Below are positions 58,568 to 64,000 of a stretch of 64,000 bases of DNA, piece by piece; positions within the stretch are counted from its first letter, which is position 1, and each line of letters opens with the position of its first letter. The notes beneath the pieces were generated by a model. It was not told where the DNA came from and did not search any database. It worked only from the letters and a program-made list of their open reading frames with translations. The stretch is from Anaerolineae bacterium (GTDB taxonomy: Bacteria; Chloroflexota; Anaerolineae; Anaerolineales; UBA4823). The translations under genes were made by a program, and so were the position numbers. Location of the stretch: assembly GCA_003130835.1 (NCBI GenBank), contig QEXX01000120.1, positions 23,997-87,996 of the forward strand, written 5' to 3'.

Positions 58568-60671
58568 ACTGCAAACCTTGGAAGTCTCCGTCAAAGGCAT
58601 GGACTGTGCCGAATGCGCTCAGCATGTTCAACATGCCATCGCCAAGTTACCCGGCGTGGAGTCCGTCAACGTTTTGCTTGCCACTGAGAAAGCCATCATT
58701 CGGTTTGACCCTGACAAAGTGGACTTAAGCGCTATTCGCAAAGCCGTTGCCAGCGCAGGTGATTATTCCGTTCCTGAAACTACCCCATCAACCGCCGCCC
58801 CGCCGATGGGTGATGCTTCGACAATCTCAGCCCAAGCCTTCAACTGGCAATTGGTTCTATTACTGGCTGGTGTGTTTAGCGTTGTAGTATCCATTGTCGT
58901 TGTGGGCGAATGGCTAGGAATGTTCGAGATACTCAATGAACTTGTGCCGTTCCCTATTGGAGTTGCCATTGTACTTATGGGCGGTTTGCCTGTCTTTCGC
59001 AAAGTGATTCGCGCCACGCTCAAACGGCAAATCATCTCGCATACGCTCATGACCATCGGCGCAATGGCGGCGTTGGCTGTTGGTGAATGGGTCACAGCCG
59101 CGATTGTCGTTGTGTTTATGCGCGTGGGCGAGTACGTCGAAAACTTCACCACCGCAAGCGCCCGCCGCGCCGTGAAAGAATTGACCGCTATCGCGCCGCA
59201 AACAGCCCGCGTGGAGCGCGACGGCGCAGAAGCAGAAGTGCCAGTAGCAGAAGTGAAAGTTGGAGAAATCGTGATTGTCCGCCCTGGCGAAAAGATTCCG
59301 ATAGATGGCGAAGTCATTGCAGGACAAGCCACCATTGACCAAGCGGCTATCACTGGCGAGTCGATGCCCGTTGAAGTGGCAAGCGGTTCGCACGTTTTCG
59401 CCGCCACGATTGCGAAGTTGGGCAGCCTGCGCGTGAAGACTCTCAGTGTCGGCGCGGACACAACTTTCGGGCGTGTGGTCAAAATGGTGGAAGAAGCCGA
59501 AGCTCACCGGGCTGACGTTCAACGTTTCGCAGACAAATTCAGCGCATCCTATTTGCCCGTTGTCATTGGACTCGCCACGCTCACCTTTCTCATCAGCCGC
59601 AATCCGCTTTCCACTGCCGCCGTTCTGGTTGTAGCGTGTTCATGTTCCATCGCCTTAGCAACACCTATAGCAATGCTGGCGTCCATCGGCGCAAGTGCAA
59701 AGCGCGGCTTGCTGATCAAAGGCGGCAAGTATCTTGAGGCATTGGCGCATGCCGATGTTGTGTTGGTGGATAAAACCGGCACGCTGACACTCGGTCAACC
59801 GCAAATCACAGATGTCATCTCGCTCAACGGCTTGCCCACTTCCGAAGTCCTCGCCCTGGCCGCTGCCGCTGAACGCTACTCGGAGCATCCATTAGCCGCA
59901 GCCGTGCGCGCAGCCGCCCGCGCTCAAAATCTGTCACTCTCCGAACCACAAGATTTTGAAGCCATGCCCGGCCTAGGCGTTCGGGCAAGGGTGAACGGTA
60001 GTCTCGTAGCGGTTGGCAACCGCCGTCTGATTCCAGCGGCACAATCCTTGCCACTGGCTCAACAATTGGAAGGGCAAGGCAAGACGCTCTTATTTGTCGC
60101 CCAAAACGATCAACTTGTGGCAGTGCTTGCCGCCGCCGATGCGCTCCGTCCTGAAGTCCCTGGCGCCCTCGCCGAACTGCGCGCCCTTGGCATTAAGCAG
60201 ATTGAACTGCTCACAGGCGACAATCAACGCGCGGCCGCTGCGCTTGCCCAAAAACTGGGTGTTCAGTATCGCGCCAACCTTCTGCCCGAAAACAAGATTG
60301 AAGTTGTGAAGGACTACCAAGCCAAAGGGCATACGGTTGTAATGATCGGTGACGGCGTAAATGACGCGCCCGCATTGGCGCAATCCAATATCGGAATCGC
60401 AATGGGCGCGGCAGGCACAGACATTGCCCTTGAAGCGGCTCATGTGGCTCTAATGCGCGAAGACTGGTCTCTTGTGCCAGAAGTGATCCGCATTGCACGC
60501 CGAACGATGGGCATTGTGAAAATGAACCTGGCGTTTACGGCTGTCTATAATGTGGTGGGGTTGGCATTAGCGGCGCTTGGCATTTTGCCGCCTGTGCTTG
60601 CCGCTGCCGCACAATCGCTACCGGACTTAGGTATCCTCGCCAATTCAGCGCGGCTCCTGCGCCAAAAGTAA
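58560..60671 (+). CDS. Heavy-metal-translocating P1B-type ATPase
   Basis: N-terminal HMA domain GMDCAECA, TGES, DKTGTLT, GDGVNDAPAL. The TM6 motif reads CSC instead of CPC. Start ATG 58560 overlaps the arsR stop by 8 nt. Confidence 0.95.
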   Translation: MVKLQTLEVSVKGMDCAECAQHVQHAIAKLPGVESVNVLLATEKAIIRFDPDKVDLSAIRKAVASAGDYSVPETTPSTAAPPMGDASTISAQAFNWQLVLLLAGVFSVVVSIVVVGEWLGMFEILNELVPFPIGVAIVLMGGLPVFRKVIRATLKRQIISHTLMTIGAMAALAVGEWVTAAIVVVFMRVGEYVENFTTASARRAVKELTAIAPQTARVERDGAEAEVPVAEVKVGEIVIVRPGEKIPIDGEVIAGQATIDQAAITGESMPVEVASGSHVFAATIAKLGSLRVKTLSVGADTTFGRVVKMVEEAEAHRADVQRFADKFSASYLPVVIGLATLTFLISRNPLSTAAVLVVACSCSIALATPIAMLASIGASAKRGLLIKGGKYLEALAHADVVLVDKTGTLTLGQPQITDVISLNGLPTSEVLALAAAAERYSEHPLAAAVRAAARAQNLSLSEPQDFEAMPGLGVRARVNGSLVAVGNRRLIPAAQSLPLAQQLEGQGKTLLFVAQNDQLVAVLAAADALRPEVPGALAELRALGIKQIELLTGDNQRAAAALAQKLGVQYRANLLPENKIEVVKDYQAKGHTVVMIGDGVNDAPALAQSNIGIAMGAAGTDIALEAAHVALMREDWSLVPEVIRIARRTMGIVKMNLAFTAVYNVVGLALAALGILPPVLAAAAQSLPDLGILANSARLLRQK

Positions 60672-62978
60672 GGACGCATGAAAGGAAGCCGTCAAACATG
60701 AATTGCAGGCAGGTAGAGGAAGCGCCGTTTTCCACAGGGGTATCGCCTCGACGGGAAAAGCGGCGGCCATTGCTTGGCGCAGGCGTTTTTCGTCCATCCC
60801 GAACGGTTGCAGGAGGGTGCTGACGGCGCGCAGGAGCAGTTCCCGATAGCGGCGATAGTCCAATTCGGTTGGATGGGGGAGTGCGCCCAAATCCCAAGCG
60901 CGCACCCCGCTTTTTTCGCAGACATACCAGAAACGCACACATTGTCCTGCCATACGCAGTTTTCCTTGTGTTTGCAATTGCCTGGCGGCGCGGGCAGCCG
61001 CAGAGGGTTGACGATATTCTTCAAGCGAGTGGCTTAGTTTCTGGGCAAGGAGCAACTTCTGAGGGGGGACGGCGCCGCGCTTAAGCGCTTCCAATGAGGC
61101 GCGCACAAATTGGATCACATCGGGAATCTGCTCAGCCGCGCTGGTGGCGTCGGGGGCGGCGGCCAGGTGCTCCAAAATTGCCTGTTGCACCTCGGCGATC
61201 CAAAGCGGGGTATCGCGGCGGCGCAGTTCCAAGCCGCGCACTTTCAAGGAACCATCTTGGAAAACGCCAAAATAGCGATTGGGCACCGCGATACGCTCGT
61301 CCCGACGGGAGGGGAGAAAGGCAATCCAACGGTAAATCCCTTCCAAGACAATCGGCAAGCCGGTTCGCCGAGTGATCTCATCCAACAGGGGTTGAAAATC
61401 CGTCGCTTGCTCGGCGCCGCGTTTTTTGACCCATAACCCATCTACGTACAGGTGAAGCACTTCAAAGCCTTGCTGCTCGGCGGCTTCTTTGGCGCGCAGC
61501 AACGCTTCGCGCCCGTAGGCGGTTACAGCTTCATGAGCTTCGATACGCCCAAAGCGGGCGTTCTTGTAGCCCAAATAGCCAAAACAAGTGACCAACAGCC
61601 ACTTATGCGCCGAGGCGCAAGCCTGATATCGTTTGCGGCGCGGGTCATATTTCGGCAAGGTTGCCAGTCTTTTTTTGAGTTCCAGACGCTTTTCCAAGAG
61701 GGGAGAGAGCGTTTGCGGGATCAGGGCGGCTTGAGAAGCCTCGCTCAAGGGCTGCAGGTTCAAGACTGCCGAGCGCGTGTGTGCTGAGGAAGCGATGGTT
61801 TCGGGTGAGATGTTGAAGCGCGCCATGATGCTGGGGTACATGGAGACGAAATCCAATTCGGCAACGTGCTCGTGTAAGCCGGCAATGGGCTGATAGACCA
61901 GCCCCCCCTGATCGCTGGATAAGAGGTCGAGGGCGGTTTTGGGCAACTCGGCTTGCTGTTTATGCCATGGCACCAAAATATTCATCTGCAAAGCCGTGCG
62001 CATTTGCATGGCAGAGATGCCGCTGCCCGGCGAAAGGCGCGCCGCAGCTTGTAACGGTAAGCTGGTCACGCGCGCCATCTCCAAGATGCCCTCGATCCCA
62101 TAGTCGTGATAGAGAACGGCATTTTCGACATCAATGTGCCAACGTCCGAAGAGATAGGCTTGTCGCCCGCGGTGGATGACTTGCCCGTAGGAAAAATAGC
62201 TGCGCTGCGGCCGCCAAGCCACCCCGCGCTGCGGGTCGCGGCTGAGCGGCAGCCGAATGCCTAAGCGTTGTGCTAATCGCAGCAGATAAGGCATCAGCCA
62301 GGTGTCCCCCCAGCGGGTGAGCAACAGATCGGGATCGTGGCGTTGCAGAATGGCGCGTAAGTTGATCAGAAAAGGACGGCTGGGTTGCAATGCCAAACAA
62401 TAACGATAGCGACCGCTGCGCACGTGCAGGTAGGTGGGCGGGGCGTGGGCGGGGTCAACATCGGGTTCTACGTAGAGCATGCGCAGCGGCACAGGAGGCG
62501 CATCGATCTCCCAAGGGGTATCCAGCGTTTCCCAGTGCTGGATCAAACCCGCCGTGTCGATAGCTAAACGGCAGCGCGCCGCAGCAAACGACCCATAGCG
62601 TGCAGCATGACGCAGAGCGAGCGGCACATCGAGGTCGTAATACGTCAGATCGGGGAACACCTGCGTGAGACGCTGAACGAGCCGGGCATGGCTGGCTGCC
62701 TCTTGTACTTGCACCTTCAAAACGCTGATCGGTTGCGCTTGAAAAAGATCCCGCCGTTGGCAGGGTTCTAAATGCACTTGAAAAGGCTGGCGGCGCACAA
62801 AGCGCCCAACAGCGTCCAGCTCTTGTGCTCCTGCGCTCACGTAAGAGGTAATGGGAAAGCGCTGCTTCAGGGCACGGCAAACCACCCGCCCCTGCACGTC
62901 TGGCTGGAGCAGCCAAACGGTCAAAGTGCCTTCTTGGTTGGCATACAGATCCAAAAGCCAGCCTTCGATCTCATTCAT
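60645..62978 (-). CDS. Family B DNA polymerase, archaeal-like, with degenerate exonuclease motifs
   Basis: Motif A is ELDFVSMYPSI. Motif B is KWLLVTCFGYLGY (canonical KxxxNSxYG). Motif C is LHLYVDGLWV, with a single Asp instead of DTD, and VRGLELRRRD is present. The Exo I, II and III positions read LYVEPDV, WGDTWLMPYL and YGIEG, lacking the canonical acidic residues. Confidence 0.85.
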   Translation of the reverse strand: MNEIEGWLLDLYANQEGTLTVWLLQPDVQGRVVCRALKQRFPITSYVSAGAQELDAVGRFVRRQPFQVHLEPCQRRDLFQAQPISVLKVQVQEAASHARLVQRLTQVFPDLTYYDLDVPLALRHAARYGSFAAARCRLAIDTAGLIQHWETLDTPWEIDAPPVPLRMLYVEPDVDPAHAPPTYLHVRSGRYRYCLALQPSRPFLINLRAILQRHDPDLLLTRWGDTWLMPYLLRLAQRLGIRLPLSRDPQRGVAWRPQRSYFSYGQVIHRGRQAYLFGRWHIDVENAVLYHDYGIEGILEMARVTSLPLQAAARLSPGSGISAMQMRTALQMNILVPWHKQQAELPKTALDLLSSDQGGLVYQPIAGLHEHVAELDFVSMYPSIMARFNISPETIASSAHTRSAVLNLQPLSEASQAALIPQTLSPLLEKRLELKKRLATLPKYDPRRKRYQACASAHKWLLVTCFGYLGYKNARFGRIEAHEAVTAYGREALLRAKEAAEQQGFEVLHLYVDGLWVKKRGAEQATDFQPLLDEITRRTGLPIVLEGIYRWIAFLPSRRDERIAVPNRYFGVFQDGSLKVRGLELRRRDTPLWIAEVQQAILEHLAAAPDATSAAEQIPDVIQFVRASLEALKRGAVPPQKLLLAQKLSHSLEEYRQPSAAARAARQLQTQGKLRMAGQCVRFWYVCEKSGVRAWDLGALPHPTELDYRRYRELLLRAVSTLLQPFGMDEKRLRQAMAAAFPVEAIPLWKTALPLPACNSCLTASFHASLLLAQEPR

Positions 62979-63246
62979 TGGGTTCAGGCAAGCCAGATTG
63001 CAGGCTTTCCAAGTGTTGGCGCAGCGCCCTGACCTCTTTGTGTTCTTCCAAGAGCATGGCTAACAGAAACACCTCGAGGGGCAGGGCATGCGAGGCATAC
63101 GCTGCGGCGGCTAAGTGTTGGTGGGCACGCGCAAACAGGTCATCGAAAACCACTTGATCACTGCGCCGCAGGGCACGCCGAAAGCGCGCTAAGGCGCCTT
63201 GCTCTTCAAGAAAGGTCTGCGTGATGGAAGGATGGGTGCGTCCCAT
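62971..63246 (-). CDS. Small helical hypothetical protein (91 aa), middle gene of the PolB operon
   Basis: Its ORF overlaps the PolB start by 8 nt and begins 13 nt after the upstream stop. No motif recognised. Confidence 0.5.
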   Translation of the reverse strand: MGRTHPSITQTFLEEQGALARFRRALRRSDQVVFDDLFARAHQHLAAAAYASHALPLEVFLLAMLLEEHKEVRALRQHLESLQSGLPEPNE

Positions 63247-63258
63247 GTTAGCTCTCCT

Positions 63259-63792
63259 TTAGAACAAGCGAGATTGAAAGGCAGGCCGAGAAGGTCGCTC
63301 AATCTCCCACAGGGTTTGGGCGGCGGCTTGCAGCAGGTGCAGGAGATGCCCTTGCAGCGGCAAGTCCGCCGGGCTGGCGCTGACCAGGGTCGGCGCATTG
63401 CTGCTGAGGTGCTTGAGTTCGGCTAGGCAGTCCTGAAACAGTCTCAACCGCTCTGCTTGGGGAACGCTCTCGTCGCAAAACAAATCCGGCAGGTCGGTCA
63501 CCAGGCTGGGCAGACGCGTGTCGCGCTGGCAGCGCAACAGAGCTAGCACCTGATAAATGGTAAACGCGCGGGCAAGGCGAAGGCGTCCTAAAGCGGCTTC
63601 AAAGGCTTCGGTGTGATGGCGCAAGCGGCGGGCGATCTCGTGCGTGTGAAAGCGATTGCCGCACACCAGCACCTGCACCTCGCCGCGCAAAGCCAAGCGG
63701 GCGATGAACTCGTTCAAGAGCGGACGCTGGATGGCGCGCGGCGCCAGCAGGAGATAAAGATGACCTTTGGACAGTTCGGGCAGCAGTCTCAT
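63259..63792 (-). CDS. RecA/Rad51-fold protein lacking a Walker A P-loop (ImuA/SulA-like in architecture)
   Basis: GHLYLLLAPRAIQRPLL sits where GxxGxGK[ST] would be. ARAFTIYQVLALL resembles the Rad51 ARAYNxxHQxxLL helix. LPSLVTDLPDLF resembles a Walker B strand (hhhhD). Fold assignment is by eye only. Confidence 0.45.
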   Translation of the reverse strand: MRLLPELSKGHLYLLLAPRAIQRPLLNEFIARLALRGEVQVLVCGNRFHTHEIARRLRHHTEAFEAALGRLRLARAFTIYQVLALLRCQRDTRLPSLVTDLPDLFCDESVPQAERLRLFQDCLAELKHLSSNAPTLVSASPADLPLQGHLLHLLQAAAQTLWEIERPSRPAFQSRLF

Positions 63793-63817
63793 GCCCTGAG
63801 TCTCGCGCCAGACTCAT

Positions 63818-63831
63818 CGAACGACAATTCC
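63818..63831. promoter_or_regulatory. SOS-box-like site upstream of the PolB operon
   Basis: The minus strand reads GGAATTGTCGTTCG, one mismatch from the GAAC-N4-GTTC core of the Bacillus-type LexA box. It lies 26-39 nt upstream of the 63792 ATG. Confidence 0.3.
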
Positions 63832-63857
63832 ACTGCGGGTGAAATGGCGGGCGAAGG

Positions 63858-63871
63858 AACGGTTAACCGTT
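63858..63871. promoter_or_regulatory. Perfect 14-bp palindrome, candidate operator
   Basis: AACGGTTAACCGTT is its own reverse complement. It lies 66-79 nt upstream of the first gene of the PolB operon. Confidence 0.4.
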
Positions 63872-63916
63872 GGGTGATGGGGCAAAAAGGAGATGGGTGA
63901 AGAGGGCAAGGTATGG

Positions 63917-64000
63917 CTAAGACTCGGCGCGCAGTGCGTTGCGCAGGAATTGCTCGGCTTGATCTGGGTCAAGCACTTTGGCAATTAAGTACCCCTGAGC
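63917..64000 (-). CDS. 3' end of an upstream minus-strand gene (partial)
   Basis: The minus strand reads ...SGYLIAKVLDPDQAEQFLRNALRAES*, with stop TAG at 63917-63919. It faintly resembles the C-terminus of EAL-domain proteins. Confidence 0.35.
   Translation of the reverse strand, partial: AQGYLIAKVLDPDQAEQFLRNALRAES

Noticed and set aside
58763-59522. 239-aa and 202-aa minus-strand ORFs inside the P-type ATPase gene
   Set aside because: They are antisense shadows. The plus-strand frame carries every P1B ATPase motif.
60645-63792. PolB operon as part of a pipolin, casposon or prophage replication module
   Set aside because: There is no integrase, Cas1, terminal inverted repeat, tRNA target or terminal-protein gene nearby. 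The composition matches the host, and the exonuclease motifs that pipolin and phage PolBs retain are degenerate here. This is not excluded, only disfavoured.
1-64000. Scan for tRNA, rRNA and tmRNA genes and for cas genes
   Set aside because: I noticed no GGTTCGAATCC-type T-arm or anticodon-stem pattern on either strand. RNase P RNA is the only structured RNA gene I can support. A tRNAscan or Infernal run would be needed to be certain.

Overview
A 64 kb chromosomal window from a GC-rich bacterium. Gene content and the many 4-nt ATGA stop/start overlaps fit a Chloroflexota-type organism, but that is a low-confidence guess and no rRNA or tRNA is present to test it. Most of the window is housekeeping: (i) a 14.5 kb minus-strand branched-chain amino acid supraoperon (ilvD-ilvB-ilvN-ilvC-leuA-pckA-small ORF-leuC-leuD-cimA-leuB-ilvE), preceded by a Leu/Val/Ile-rich leader peptide and a terminator hairpin that the ORF track does not show; (ii) uvrA, a family-4 UDG, rnhB, an S9 peptidase and a GAF histidine kinase; (iii) a polysaccharide biosynthesis cluster; (iv) RNase P RNA; (v) a GntR-controlled sugar-acid and ABC-transporter locus that includes a tungsten-type aldehyde:ferredoxin oxidoreductase. 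There are three accessory regions. (a) An AT-richer R-M module (frameshifted amino-methyltransferase plus GIY-YIG nuclease) is wedged into the polysaccharide cluster. (b) A decayed integron at about 51.9-58.1 kb has an intI pseudogene with two nonsense codons and a 3' truncation, three attC-like sites, a DUF4160/DUF2442 cassette broken by a 233-bp repeat element, and two complete type II R-M cassettes, one clearly EcoRV-like. (c) My best candidate for an undescribed system is a tight three-gene minus-strand operon at 60.6-63.8 kb. It encodes a P-loop-less RecA/Rad51-fold protein, a 91-aa helical protein and a family B DNA polymerase with all three exonuclease motifs degenerate, preceded by a perfect 14-bp palindrome and an SOS-box-like site. 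All calls come from reading the sequence and the ORF translations. No searches were run, and family assignments rest on recalled motifs.
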